A DNA stretch of 62,405 nucleotides, the filler included, from Choristocarpus tenellus KU-1152 (taxonomy: Eukaryota > Protista > Phaeophyceae), in the NCBI GenBank assembly GCA_964200185.2. It is 12 parts of 12 records of this genome, joined end to end, with 100 filler letters (N's around TTAATTAATTAA, not from the genome) between each part and the next. Parts side by side here need not be neighbours in the genome. Positions count along the whole stretch, not along the records: positions 12,404 to 15,571 come from CAXNAD020021813.1; positions 15,672 to 19,005 come from CAXNAD020020735.1; positions 19,106 to 22,726 come from CAXNAD020018903.1; positions 22,827 to 27,907 come from CAXNAD020011939.1; 8 more parts are not named here. One strand, 5' to 3'. Under the pieces are notes generated by a model that searched no databases, was not told the DNA's origin, and saw only the letters and a list, made by a program, of their open reading frames with translations. Below, piece by piece: positions 12,304 to 25,995 of this stretch. How positions within the stretch are numbered: position 1 is the stretch's first letter; each line of letters starts with the position of its first letter. The translations under genes were made by a program, and so were the position numbers.

Positions 12304-13617
12304 NNNNNNNNNNNNNNNNNNNNNNNNNNNNNNNNNNNNNNNNNNNNTTAATTAATTAANNNNNNNNNNNNNNNNNNNNNNNNNNNNNNNNNNNNNNNNN
12401 NNNCTAACCTGAACAATCCTTATTTGTCCATTTGCTACCAAGTCCCTCAGGAAATGATGCCGTACATCAATGTGTATATCATATATTTTTATTACTATGT
12501 ACAAGTAGTTGTTTTCTTATTCGATAGGGTCGATGTGATGTACACAATCAGAACCTCCTCTATCTTTTTGGACAGTGTCATTTTATCCATAAATCCGTAT
12601 CCATCACCATCAGTCTGAAACTGAGTGAGTTTATCAACCTTTAGCTTTAACTCGGTTGATATGCAGTAAAATTATCATGTTTCTAGAGGCGTTATTATCA
12701 ACCATGTCAACACGATATGATTTTGAAACAATTTATAACTTCGATCTCCCACCACAAATATTATAAGTACACACATATAATGCATGAAGGTGTATTATAC
12801 TTCAGGCCATCATTTGTTTGATAGGGAACATAGAGGGACTCTACAGTAACTATCATTTTGTCTGGTACTGTGGCAAAGCTGTGCTCGGCACATAGCAGGT
12901 ATTGAGTGGTCCTACCTGGCTTGTTTTTCATAAGGAATCCGACTGTCACCACCTCATACACCTCATACACCTCATACATTTGTTCGTTGTCTGGAAGTAG
13001 TGCTTCAAATCAAACACTACCTAGTACACACTTGCCAGGTTAAATGATTTCCAAGTATGGTATATCTACGCAAGTGTTCAGAATAGTGTGAGCTCTAAGA
13101 ACAAAGCAGTAGTTCCAATATGAGAAGCAAAGAGTCAAACCTATTTTCTATGCTGTATATTCTGCACTTAAATCAGACTCGGGACTTGGATCTTATCTGA
13201 TCTAGTGGGGATATGAGACTCGGGTCAAAAGTGTTGAAGGCAGTCCTTCCAATGTCCCTGGTGTAGAGGAGTTTCCAGTGCATCCAGCAGGTCCATTATA
13301 TTAAAGCAGAAACATTTAAGAGTACGGAGTAAAGAGTAAAGAGTAAGGAGTAAGGAGTACCATGATTTTTTTTGTGCACTGAGCACCCTTTTTTTTTCTT
13401 AGCCATACCATACCTCCAACTAAACCAAAACCATGTCACAGAACTGATCATCTGAGATAGCACAAGAATAAAATCAACCAATGGACACATCTGGAATAAA
13501 TGCACAGAAAGGAGACAGGAACTTAATCCCAGATAGAGAAGGTTGGGCAGCGTGTACCAGTTCCAGTAGGTACCAGTAACAGTAACAGTTCCAGAGCCAA
13601 GATCCACTGCCCCTCCA

Positions 13618-13885
13618 GAGTGAAAGTATCTTAGAGGGTACGAGTTTATCCCTGTTTGTCCATTTCGGGTATACCCTTTTGGCTTCCCAAGAGTTTTCTT
13701 ATGACATTTCACCTACTCCAAAATGTTTCAGAATAGGTAAAATGTGTGTGTTATGAATACATGTGTCCGGAACAAGGATATTGACATTTCTTAACAATTA
13801 CGATAGCCAAAGTTACAGTAAAGTCACAACGTTGGATTTTAGCCCCCAAACAGATGCGGCTCTACCTTCTAAGATACTTTGACTC
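13618..13885 (+). mobile_element. MITE family 1, full length
   Basis: GAGTGAAAGTATCTTAGAGGGTA ... TACCTTCTAAGATACTTTGACTC, flanked by TCCA/TCCA. Confidence 0.95.
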
Positions 13886-14199
13886 TCCATCCACTCACAA
13901 AAACCATTCAGCAGAGAAAAAAAAAAATCGGCAAGTCGAAGAACAGCAGAGAAAAAAAAACCCCGAAAGAATCATTGAAATGGGTCTGTAGCAGACACCC
14001 GCACTAGTAAAAGGAAGGTGTGGGCTTGGCAATATATGTACATCAGCCAGTTGTCGAGGTTCTTGATTCCCTTTGCAACACGGTTGTTGTTCCATCCGTA
14101 GGTACTCCTTTTCAGGTTTAAAGTTCAAAGTGCACAGGCTGCGAAGGCGAGAGCCATGCTGTCGATTTTCTTTTCACTTAATTCGTGAGACTACAACAG

Positions 14200-14303
14200 T
14201 AGGTTTTATAACACTAGGCTCTATAACACTAGGTTCTATAACACTAGTTTCTATAACACTATATTCTATAACACTAGGTTCTATAACACTAGGTTCTATA
14301 ACA
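14200..14303. repeat. 15-bp minisatellite (CTATAACACTAGGTT) x~6-7
   Basis: Direct tandem repeat; explains the ITLGS/IEPSV ORF repeats. Confidence 0.9.
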
Positions 14304-15482
14304 GCAAACCGATTATCGCAATGGGAGCTACAAGTCTTAGTGAGGTGCTGAAAAAAAATGTTTTGAAAATATACGTGCGAAGGCGAGGGAGGAGACTCAA
14401 GCAAAAAAAAAATCAACTTTTTTTTCCTGCATTGTTGAAAGAAACACTGGATTCCTTGAGCATCAAGGATAGGAAGAGCCCCTCTAAAATAATTTGAAGT
14501 GGCTCTTCATAGTGAGCCTTTCGGTAAAGGTCTTGGGGGTGCTCGACAGGTTGTCGTGTGGAATTCTTGATTGAGCAAAGATTGCAACGCCGCATACGTT
14601 TTGTGGAAAACCTGCCAATAATATATTGTATGCTTCAAAGCAATTTTTTGGAAACTCCACAGAGTGTGTTTTCTCTAGCACCGGTTTGAATATAGTAGTC
14701 CAGGTGTAGGAGTAACTAACTGCATCAGAATGCTTAACCTTATTTGACGGGTTTTGTTGGTCAACCTACAGTAATCGTGATAAAATATTTATTTTATTTT
14801 TGGGGGGGGGGGAAATTTTGGGGTGTGGATTTTCCACTGTGACTAGAACGAATAGACCTCTGCAGTAAAACAGAACAAAGGGAGATTCTCACCTCATTTG
14901 GGGATACATACTGAAAATACAATGCTAATAGCCTTACATCTCCAGGTACATAGGTACGGTACAGTCTTTGTTGGAGTGCCTCAAACAGCTCTCTGGGTGG
15001 AAGTACTTCTTGTTGGCTTTGTGTGGGTGGTAAGTACTGCTTGGATGGTACCACATTGGAAATATTATATCAAAAATGTTCTTATTTCCAATGGAGAGTG
15101 TGTGTCGGGGTCTGCAGTGGAGTTGGTTAAAAAAACGAGCATAAAACTTACCCTGAGCACAAGCCAATTGTGTTGTGATAAATACTCTAGGCATACTGAA
15201 TGAACATTATCAATATGTTGGTACAGCCCCTCTTTTCATTGCCGGTTTAGAACTAGGATACAAAGTCATACTGCATAGAAATAAGATCCGAGAGTGAGTG
15301 AGGGCACTGCAAGCACTTACAAATATTTCTAGCCTTTGAACTCGTAGTGCAACCAACTTCTCCTAGGGAAAGACAAGTGATACACCATTCAGTTAATTTT
15401 GACTTCTTCGGAGAGGGTCTCTTGTGCTGGCTGGTGGTGTGGGTTTAGAGTACCTTGTAGCAACAGCATCCCCTTCTAAGAA

Positions 15483-15571
15483 GACCCAAAGCATCTGGGG
15501 GGGGGGGGGGGGAACACCACCAGGGGGTCCATTTTGGCCATAACCAGGAAAAGGGTTTTTAGGTTTTCCAT
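15483..15571 (-). mobile_element. MITE family 2, partial at contig end
   Basis: GACCCAAAGCATCTGGGG...GTCCATTTTGGCCATAACCAGGAAAAGGG is the reverse complement of the family 2 right half. Confidence 0.7.
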
Positions 15572-15849
15572 NNNNNNNNNNNNNNNNNNNNNNNNNNNNN
15601 NNNNNNNNNNNNNNNTTAATTAATTAANNNNNNNNNNNNNNNNNNNNNNNNNNNNNNNNNNNNNNNNNNNNGTAGTCTGCACTGGTCTTACCCACGTTCT
15701 CAGTCAGCGGAATCGAGACCACTAGCCCCTTGTAATATTAATTTTGTTCATCTACATCAAGCTGTTCTTTGTCCTTCATTAAAACACCATAAAAAGTCGC
15801 AGGTCCAGTGTGGGATAGTTCAACAGTAGACCTATCACTCATCCCTGAT

Positions 15850-16950
15850 CGCTAATAACTCATCACTCAATATATGTTACTTGCTACAACATTCCTTTTC
15901 TAGAGTTCTTCTTATGATACTGAAATAACCTGGATATTGTTCTCTTGTGTACTCAACAGAAAAATTACTAGCAACTATCCAGTTATTCAACAGTTCTCCA
16001 AAAACTCTCCAATTATCTAACAACTGATTGTTTCCTTAGCAATTACTTTCCCACCTGAATGTAAAGCATAATCTCGACACGTAGCAACATATTCCTGAGA
16101 TAGCTATTATTTTTCGCATCGATCAAAGTAATATTCTAAACCTCAGATCATTTTCAAATCAGTGCATCACCATTTCAGGAATGATTCAGGGCAACAGTGG
16201 CATTTGATGCCTCACATTCTTATAATCTTTATCGAGCTTGTTAATACTTCATCTTCCAAATTGCGGGACCTCTTGTCACATTGCCCCGCAAAAAAAACGT
16301 GATCACTACGGATCATACACATACGTGAAGGGGCCATACAAAAAATGACCTAGAAGCACTTGAAATTGCTTCAACAAAGACATCGAAAAAGGTATTGATA
16401 AGAAACATCCAGTAAATCAAATACACATGTTATCACTCACCACCATGCACCTTTGCCCCCAGAAGGTCATAATACCCTTCCACAGTCCTCGGGTAGAGCC
16501 AGCCTATGAAGACTTGCCAACACCAAATATCTGCTTGCTTCGGTCTTGAGAACCAAGTGCCAAAAAGTGGTAGGTAGTGACAGGGGGGGTTGCACGGAGA
16601 CGTCAACCGCAGTCCACCAAAGAAAATGTTATCTAGTTGACCAAACCAGATGCATTTTTAGGCAAGGGGCATATCAGCAGGATACAAGTCAAAGTCATCG
16701 AATAAGACCAGCATCATATTGACATGCGACAAAATTAACATGAAAAATAAGACCACACCTTGAGCACTACCAAACACGACTAAACAGCTACTTCCACAAT
16801 CATCTTCAGGAAAACTCATCACGAACTACATAGAGACAATTCCAGACACCAAGAGTGAACCCCTCTGAAATCTTTCAGGGTAACAAAATGATCAAAATAA
16901 AAAACCCTTTTTGGTCTTTGACAATATAAAGTACAATTTGACCTGCTTTG
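15850..16950 (-). mobile_element. Possible very degenerate Ty3/Gypsy pol remnant
   Basis: Weak motifs in Gypsy order on minus: MP..(L)KNASG (~16670), IRSDH (~16300), EYVATC (~16090). Confidence 0.3.
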
Positions 16951-19900
16951 CACACCGATACAGAGCTGAAAGTCCGTAATGTTGAACTCGTTTTGCAGTC
17001 TTGTTGTCAGGAAAGCATAAATAGGAAAGCAAACAGTTAACCCAGAGTGCTGTCTCTATATACCACCAATGAGTTCCACTAGACCGTACACCATCCCACC
17101 AAATGTCATTTTTTCACAATAGCTATTGTGGAAAGTGGTCCATTATCCTACAGGCTGCCACCGCATGCCACTGCAAGCCCCCTATCTCCATTCACCAATG
17201 GCTATCCCCCCCCAGCCACCACGTCCGGGTGAAGACAGAAAAAACTCTCAGTCAATGACAACTTGAACATCGTGACAGTAATGACATGTGGGGGAGGAGC
17301 ACAAGGCCCAGCTGGAAACATATGGGTGTGAACTTAAATCAACCTCTAGTATCTTTGATCCCAAAGAAAGTAGCCAAGAGGCTTCTCAACTGTAGTTTTC
17401 GCATCTATCAATTTGTCTAGGCATATGAGATACACGTTAGATTTACTGCAAGATTTTAAAATATTCATGATTGAAAAGTGTGTGTGTATGTAGAAGTGCA
17501 TATATACATTAACATATACATATATATATACACCTAGCGTAACTGTCATCGTTTGCTTCATGACTGCATACTACTTATAAAGGGAAATGACATAAAAGGC
17601 TGAAGGGCGGGCTAAGGTCCCACAAGTCAGAAGAAACCATGCACATCAGCCCGGTAAGAGAGCACCAACAGTGAATTGCATGACAGGATCTTATTGGCAT
17701 GAGAAGCTATATGTAAACTAATGGAGTGCCTTTCATGGAGTGAGAAAATTGTTCCACAACTCAAGTGTGGTTTGGGGTGAAGATCAATATATTCAGTGAG
17801 TACAATATATCTCATGTTCAAATACAGTAACTGCAGCTTGTGGGTTGTGTATTTAACATGATACAGCATCAAAGTCTAGGTCTGGGAGACTGTAGGTCAT
17901 GCATATCTCGATCTCAGTGTTTTTTGTCAGCAAGGTGACAGAGAACTATTCAACACCAATAATCAGCATCCTGGCAGATCCAATCGCGTTCAACTTAAAT
18001 AAAAGGGCACAACTTGGCATCAAAGAAGCTTCCAGATTATGATGCCAGAAAAAATACAACTCTCCCAGGAAGGTAGTTCATCAAGCTATTGATCCTCTAT
18101 TGCAATGGGGGGCTATGTAATGTCGTCCTTCATATATTGCCAATGATGTGTCAAGACATCTGATCGGCTTGACCAAACCCAACAAATTATTTCCACTTGG
18201 GAAGGGGGGTGGTATGAGCAAAAAGATTTGTGTTAAGTAGCAAATTCCACCAATAGTGTCCAATGCTGACAACATGAGGGCAATCCATAGTCCAAAAGGC
18301 AACCCTTGATGTGCACTTCTTCAAATACCAGTCATGCTGAGGAGAGCAGACTGAGCATTGAACCAGCCCAAAACTACCAATCAGGTGAATAAATGAAATG
18401 GCACAGGCTTTTCATTGTGAAAACCCAACAGAACTACATGTGGTATGTAAAGAACGTGCTTAGAAACATCTAAAAATGTTGTTGGCATGAGCAGAAGTAA
18501 GCACTCACCATTTTGCAGATGATAATCTGATGAAACCATGTACTAATAGTATTAAAGCATACTGCCTACTATCTAACGAAAGCTCATCGTAACACAAAGC
18601 CGTTTCCAATAATTTTCCCCAACTAACGGTGGAGGAGGCACAACATTTGTGTAGATGCTTGTCTTCGAAAAATATACAAAGCACACCTTGTACCCTCCAG
18701 CACTTGAGAAAGAAGATAAAATCCCAAGCGGACAATGCCCTCATCTTGAGACACACCAATGGTTGCGCCCTCTCCTTCTCTCCCCAAGTTTGCTGTTACT
18801 GCTGTTGTTTCACCATTCCCCATCCCTCCTACTTCACCCAGAACATCTCCCAACCCTTCCAATTCTCCTAAGTGCGAATCAGTACCATATCCACCACCTA
18901 CTGTTCTCTTTGTTCCCCCCCCCCCCCCCGCCCCCCCCCCCCTCCCCCCAGCGCTCCCCCCTTGTGACCCCTAGAAGTGAACCTGTGTAGTAATTAAGCC
19001 CTTCTNNNNNNNNNNNNNNNNNNNNNNNNNNNNNNNNNNNNNNNNNNNNTTAATTAATTAANNNNNNNNNNNNNNNNNNNNNNNNNNNNNNNNNNNNNNN
19101 NNNNNGGGGGGGGGAGGGGGGGGGGGTGACGAGAAAGGGCATCAGTGGGAGGATTACAGGGAAATCTGTTTAACGAGACCAGGGACAAGGAAAAGCGACA
19201 GGTCCAGGGAGGGGGGGGGAGAAAGACACGTAGGTTAACAGATGGAGGTGGTAGCGCAGGTCCTGATTTCCTACTATTGGGGGTTTACTGACCTGGCAAG
19301 GAGTTGAGCAACAACTGACACAGATGTACGGGAATTTATCATGGATATGGGACTCCAGCTTCTAGGGTTGAGACAAGATGGAAACCATTTGTCAGGAAAG
19401 GTCGACAGCTATACTCAGATTTTGCAATATGTTGTCAACGTCATTGGACAAAACGACGCCACCTATAAACACACACTTAAGAATATCGATCTCGTTCTTA
19501 ATTAAGGGTTCCAATAATCGGGTATCCAAAAGGTGAGCGCAAGTATGCTACAACTACACTCCATCCCAGTATGAAAAGGAAAAATGTATTTGAGCGATAA
19601 AAAACAAAATCACTCAGCCCCCCCATTAAAAATAGTTGAGAATAACTGGCTTGAATGGAAATATATTTACCATTTTTTGGTTGTACACTTCGAAGTAGTA
19701 ATTTTTTATTATTATGCTCCCCCCACATCTTCCATATGTGACACAAAAAAATCAAATATCAGAACATGTGAAAAAGTGTAAGTAGTAAATCGATATTGGA
19801 AAGGGGTCAATTCTCTATTTTGGTGTAGGAAACAAAAGAATCATAATACATAATAAGAACATTTCAAACACACATAATACTTTCTGTTGTATTTCTTTCA

Positions 19901-22218
19901 TCCTCTCCTTTTTGTAACATACCTATATATTATTATTATTATTATGCCTTCTGACATTTTCCAGATGATGCCTATCTTTCTTTTCAATGATGAAAAACGT
20001 TATAAAAATTAAAGTGGGGGAAAGAAAGAACTAACAACGAAAAAAAATATCGTTAAGAAGTTTTTCGTACCTCTAATCCGATGCAAAGAGGTGGATATCT
20101 GTTACTGTTGTCAATGCCACCCCCCTTCCCTTCTTTCTACCTGTATGTGTATGTAGTCCAACCTTTTTGTTCAAATATCATTGAGCAAGAGTGTAGGAAC
20201 AAAAAAATTCTTAATTCTATTTTTGCTGTTGTTAGTGTTTTTCGCCCCCTCTCATCATTTTGATATTACTTGATTCCGAACGTAATTATTTCCACATTGT
20301 CTGACAAGGCCTGGACTGCGATGCCTCCATTATTTACGTAGAGTATTTCCTTGTCGAACACTATGAAGGTCAAACAAACACGCGGACCTCACAGACAGCT
20401 ACAAAATATGTACATTTAGTTCAAACACAAAAATTTTGCATGGGCAGGAAATTTTGCACAGGCAGGCTCAGACCTCTTGGCATATGGTCCACCCATTCTA
20501 CCCAGCCAAAGCTCATCGCAGGTAACCCAACCATAGTCCTCCCCTGTGCCTTTTCTCTTGTTGCTGCTCGAGCACAGTGGCTAGTTTGTGGTGGATAGTA
20601 TCCTTCTCTTTTCTATTTTCCCCCCAGCGCAGTCCATCAAGGGTTTACCAAGGCACATACCCCTCGCACAGAAAACACAGCCCTCTCCTATGGATCCTCC
20701 TGGTGATGCTCAAGCACTATGACTGCTTAGTGGCGGATATTATCCTACTTCTCTCTTCTCCTCCAAGCATGAGTCCCATTGCCTTACCTAGACACGACCC
20801 CCCTGCAGCTCTTTCCTTCTGGGGCTGTTGGAAGCATAGTAGGAACTAGTTTGCGGAGGTCCTCCCCTCTCCTCTTTTACCATCTGGATGTAACCCTCCC
20901 CTATTACCAACGGGTATCATTGGACCCTGCGATACCCCATCCTGACCTTTAGAAGTTTGGCAAATGATCATCAGACCGCCTCCCTTCCCTTCTACCTGAA
21001 TGGATATAGTAGGGTGTTTTTTCATTCCGCCCTTCTCCACAAAACAAAAGGTCTGGTGATGAAGTGGTTTGAACCCCTGGAATTCATGCAGCACAATTGC
21101 ACCCCTCTCCCGATGAAAAAAATTAGGCGTGGAAGGGATTTTCTCGAAAATCGTGCAGGGAACAGCAAAATGGCTCTGTAGTTAGTCTCAATCTGATATT
21201 CTGCGCCACCGCCTAAAGATATAAGCTACAGCCTAGGAACAAGTACATCATAGATAACTCCTTTGTGACAGGGACGAGACCACACTTTTTATGGTCCTCA
21301 ATCACGACAAATAACACACTATTATGAGAGATGTTCAATTCCTCGGCACATATGGTTGGAAGATATTATTATCAATTTATCACAATACTAATATGGATAT
21401 GAATTAATGTATGGTGTAGTACGGATATAATCGAATAAATTTCCCCACAAATTTCGATTACGAGGCGTTCCGTAAGTGCCAAAAAATGCGCCTATACACA
21501 ACGTGGTGGTCATACTATACTTGGTATAGGATCAGGTTCAAAGTTTCACGTACATGCGGGCGGGACAGAAGCAAAAAAATCGTCTTCCATCTCCAGGGAA
21601 GGCGTGATATTTATTGAAGGGAAGGAGCCTTGACCAAGCGGTGACAAAAATGTTGGTCATAACTCAAGATCTGCAATATACTACAAAACCAGCCCGGATA
21701 AATTCAGAGTGTAGATAATATATTCACACATGGGGGGACAAGTCACCCTCATGGTGCTTAGTCTCTCTATTGCCACAAAACATTGCTTAGACCTCTACTG
21801 CCCTGACACATGAAGGTATCTGGCTGTCTTAAGACATATTTCGAAGATTACCTAAGGATGGTACAGGGAGGAGATTTGAGCTGAGGATGCTGTGCGATGT
21901 TCAAGGAACAACAAGAATAAAGGGTGTCAAATAAGCTGAGGGACCGAGGGAAGTATAAAATAGGCAGTAAATTTGCTTAGGGGAGGTGCAAAGGTGTTGG
22001 GCAATGTGATGTTTTTCAGGTTGGTACGAAGTTGTATATGTATGTAGGGCGTATTTGCGGTAATATCGGTCTGAGGATCTAGTGTGGGGTTTGTACACTA
22101 GTGCCATGGTACGGATTGAATATGGATACTTGATGTTGTACGTGGGAAGGCGTATGTGTGGTCATTTTCGTGGGGTAAGGGTGCAGTGAGACATTGTGTT
22201 CACACAGGATAATATGAA

Positions 22219-22390
22219 GACTCAAAGTATCTAGGGGGGGTGGCTGTCCATTTGGGGCCAATTTTTTCATGTCGCGATTTTGGGTGATTTGGTTCCATAT
22301 GTCGGATGGATAATGAAAGTGCACTTTGCCTGGTTATGGTCCAAATGGGCACTCTGGTGTAGACCCCCTCCCCCCCTCAGATTCCCTTCT
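22219..22390 (+). mobile_element. MITE family 2, right TIR eroded
   Basis: GACTCAAAGTATCTAGGGG start; interior aligns with 11940-12124. Confidence 0.8.
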
Positions 22391-22666
22391 TCTCCTTCTT
22401 TTATCTATATATCTATATATCTGTAAAAATAAATGTACTACTGTTGCACCATTAATTCTTAGTATTCTTAGTATTCTTAAGATAATACTCCTAGCAGTAG
22501 GTATGGTTAGACGCGAAGTTGTGGACACTTGAAAACTATCATCAGACCCCCCCCCATTCAATTCTACCTCTAAATCAACAATTTATTTGCTGAACAATAC
22601 CAGGGGGTTGGTTTGCTCAAAACATTTTTTGTTTCCCTCTGAACTCTAACACTCTCTTCTATCTTT

Positions 22667-22726
22667 GAGTGAAACTATCTTAGAGGGTACGAATTTTTCC
22701 CTGTTTGTCCATTTGTGGGGCTTGGC
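22667..22726 (+). mobile_element. MITE family 1, 5' end at contig end
   Basis: GAGTGAAACTATCTTAGAGGGTACGA...GTCCATTTG. Confidence 0.85.
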
Positions 22727-24459
22727 NNNNNNNNNNNNNNNNNNNNNNNNNNNNNNNNNNNNNNNNNNNNTTAATTAATTAANNNNNNNNNNNNNNNNNN
22801 NNNNNNNNNNNNNNNNNNNNNNNNNNATGGATGTATATGCGTATACCCCCCTCCTGACCCTGCAACAGCCGCGATATTTACCACCTAGTTCATACCCCGC
22901 AAGACAGACACCCGTGTCATCCATGTCACTCACCGTTCCAGCATCCATGTGCTTCTCCACGACAGTTCTCCCACACTCTTAGGGGCATCCGGAACAAATG
23001 ACCCCCAGCCGACCAAGACAAAGGAAAGAAGACAAGAGGAAAGGGGAAGAAAAATAGACCAGGAGTCGGCGATCCAGACCCGGCGTCTGCTGCCAAGGCG
23101 GAGGAGGATTGGGAAGCGCAACCCTGGAGGGTGTAGTTGGCATATCTGAGACGTATGCACACCAAGAACGTACTCATCAAGGGGGCCGTCCTGGAGGACG
23201 CAGTTCAGGTTATGAAGGACCTGAAAGAGAAGGACAGGCTCGGGATAGACCCCTACGCCGACAATTCACCAGGAGAGTCTGCAGCAGAGGGTCCTCCTAC
23301 CAAGAAATACACCATCAGCGACAAGGTAATCAAGAGTATTAGTTCATCACTTCACCTATCCACCACATTTCAGTTCGTCGTGTAAAGCCATATCACAATA
23401 AACGCCCTGATCGCGCACATTTATCTACTACCCCATCAATTCCACAGGTGAAAAGAGACCTCGTGTAGATGTGGGATGTGGAGGAGGGCACAAAATACCT
23501 GGACATCATCAAATACTCTGAGGGTGTTACCCTGAGCAACGAACACGAACACACAGGCGAGCAATTGCATCATTGCACGAACATCCAAACACCCTTCCCC
23601 ACACCAAACACACAACCTAGACTCTCTTCCATCCTATTGACGCTCGAACGTTACACAACGAACGTTATCACAGGGTTCTCCGGTTCTTTCAAAGGTTGCG
23701 ACGTTGCTCGTCGTACATGCTGTGTCGTAATTTTCCTATGTTGTACCGATCGTCAGAACACGGCGAAAAGAGAGAAATTATGTCGCGGTTACATGCCAGT
23801 CTTGTACACTTCCACTTCACCCTTTCTTACCAGCCCTATTCGTCCCCTTGTCCTGGCTCGCATCATCAGCACACCTTCAAGGATCCGCCACTACTCTGGT
23901 CAATCCATCCTTTCCACAGCCCCTGTATTCTCCTCTGCCTCCTGCCCCGTGTACTCCTTCTCACGAACCTCTATCTTATCCCTTGCCTCCTAACACTAAC
24001 AACTCCTCCCGTCGTTTTTACCCCCACTTCGCCACGAGCTTTGCCGCTCCTCCGCCATCACAGAGATAACACGTATCACTGATATTTTGATCGCCAGAGA
24101 ACCTATCGACGTCCGAGCATGACCTCGATAAGTTGAAGTCTGAGACCAACGCAGCTCTCACGAGAGAGAAGTCGCCCTTCTCCAAACACGACCGGGAGGC
24201 CTGGTCATCACATGCACCGCCCTCAGGGACAACCTTGACCCGGATCGTATCAAACTCCTGCAGAACGAGCTCTCCACATTGACATTTTGCACTGGTGAAG
24301 ACACCGGTAGCTGGTGGGGAATCCACCAGCATACCTTGTGGGAGACCCGACACACCAGGTGTTCGAGAGGAGCAAGATAACCCATCACCAAGCCCTGCAG
24401 TAGGTGCGGGAAGCAGGAATCTAGAGAGGGCGAGGTATACAATCACACCCTCGGAACAT

Positions 24460-25995
24460 GACTCTGAAGGTGATGGGGGCCGACCCGTTTGTAACGTATT
24501 GTCAGGCCCAGAGGAAATTCCTATGGAGGACGCGAGGGGGCGACTAGGCAAGGACTCGGAGTACACGCCTGACAAGAGTGCCACAGGGATGTCCACGAAC
24601 GCCCGTTCAGTGGACAGCGGCGGAACTGAGTCACAAGTACCAGGGAACCTGTGCGACCACAGTGTGAGGCAAAGCGAAAACCGTGTACATATTCATCGTA
24701 ACACAATTCCGAGGGAGAAGAGCTTCAAGAAGGACAAAGAGCCAAAGTATCTTAGAGGGTAGGGCCGCGTCCATTTGGGGGTCAAAATCCAATGTTGCGA
24801 TTTTGATGTAATTTTGGCTACGTGTTTGTTAGGAAGTGTCAATATCCTTGCTCTGGACACAGTTTTTCGTAATGTATACATTTTACCTACTCCGAAACAT
24901 TTTGGAGTGTGAAAATGTCATAAAAAATCCCATGGGAAGCCAAGCTCCAAATGGACAAACTGGGCAAAACTCGTACCCTCTAAGATACTTTCACTCAAAG
25001 GGAAGCGCAAAAGGACCCTGATTAGGAAAAAGAGGGTTAGAGAAGACTCTGAAGACGAGGTGGACCGGCCCGTTTGATTTGACGTGTCAGGTCCAGGAGG
25101 GTGTGAGAGGGCGGCTAGGCGAGGACTCGGAATACACGCCTGTCAGGAGTGCCACAGGGATGTCCATGAACGCCTGTTCAGTGGACAGCGGCGGAACTGA
25201 GTCACAAGTACCGGGGAACGTGTACGACCACAGTGTGAGGCGAAGCAAAAACCGCGTACATATTGATTGTAACAGAACCCCAACGAAGAAGCCTTTGAAG
25301 AAGGACAAAGGGAAGCGCAAAAGGACCCTGATTAGGAAAAAGAGGGTTAGAGAAGACTCTGAAGACGAGGGGGACCGACCCGATGGTGCGCTTTCACATG
25401 TCCAGAGGAACTTCCTACGGAGGACGTGAGAGGGCGGCTAGGCGAGGACTCGGAGTCCACGCCTGTCAGGAGTGCCACAGGGATGTCCATACACACCCGT
25501 TCAGTGGACAGCAACGGAACTGAGTCACAAGTACTGGGGAACGTGTACGACCACAGTGTGAGGCGAAGCAAAAACCGCGTACATATTGATTGTAACAGAA
25601 CCCCAACGAAGAAGCCTTTGAAGAAGGATAAAGGGAAGCACAAAAGGACCCTGATTAGGAAAAAGAGGGTTAGAGAAGACTCTGAAGACGAGGGGGACCG
25701 ACTCGATGGTGACGCTTTCACATGCCCAGAGGAAAGTCCTGTGGAGGACGTGAGGGGGTGGCGAGGCAAGGACTCGGAGTCCACGCCTGTCCGGAGTGAC
25801 ACAGGGATGTCCCCGAACACCCATTCAGTGGGCAGCGGCGACGATGAGGCAAAGGTGCCAGGGAACATGAACGAACATGGTGTGAGGCCAAGTGAGAACC
25901 GTGACAGTTCCACAACCCAGAGGGGCAAGCCTTCCGAGAAGGGCAAAGTACGGAGTTCTAGGACACTAATTACGAAAAAGAGGACGAGAGAAGAT
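24460..25995 (+). repeat. Four ~324-bp tandem units encoding ~108-aa acidic/basic repeats
   Basis: Anchor GACTCTGAAG at 24460, 25045, 25355 and 25678; unit 1 is interrupted by a MITE; unit 2 is ~14 bp shorter. Confidence 0.9.
24739..24996 (-). mobile_element. MITE family 1, full length
   Basis: 258 bp, near-perfect TIRs, AAA/AAA duplication; the empty site is visible in the sister repeat unit (AAGGACAAAGGGAAGC at 25301). Confidence 0.97.

Noticed and set aside
17600-18760. Possible hAT dimerisation remnant (DELPSW)
   Set aside because: Only a 6-aa resemblance, without the SA..ER.FS motif
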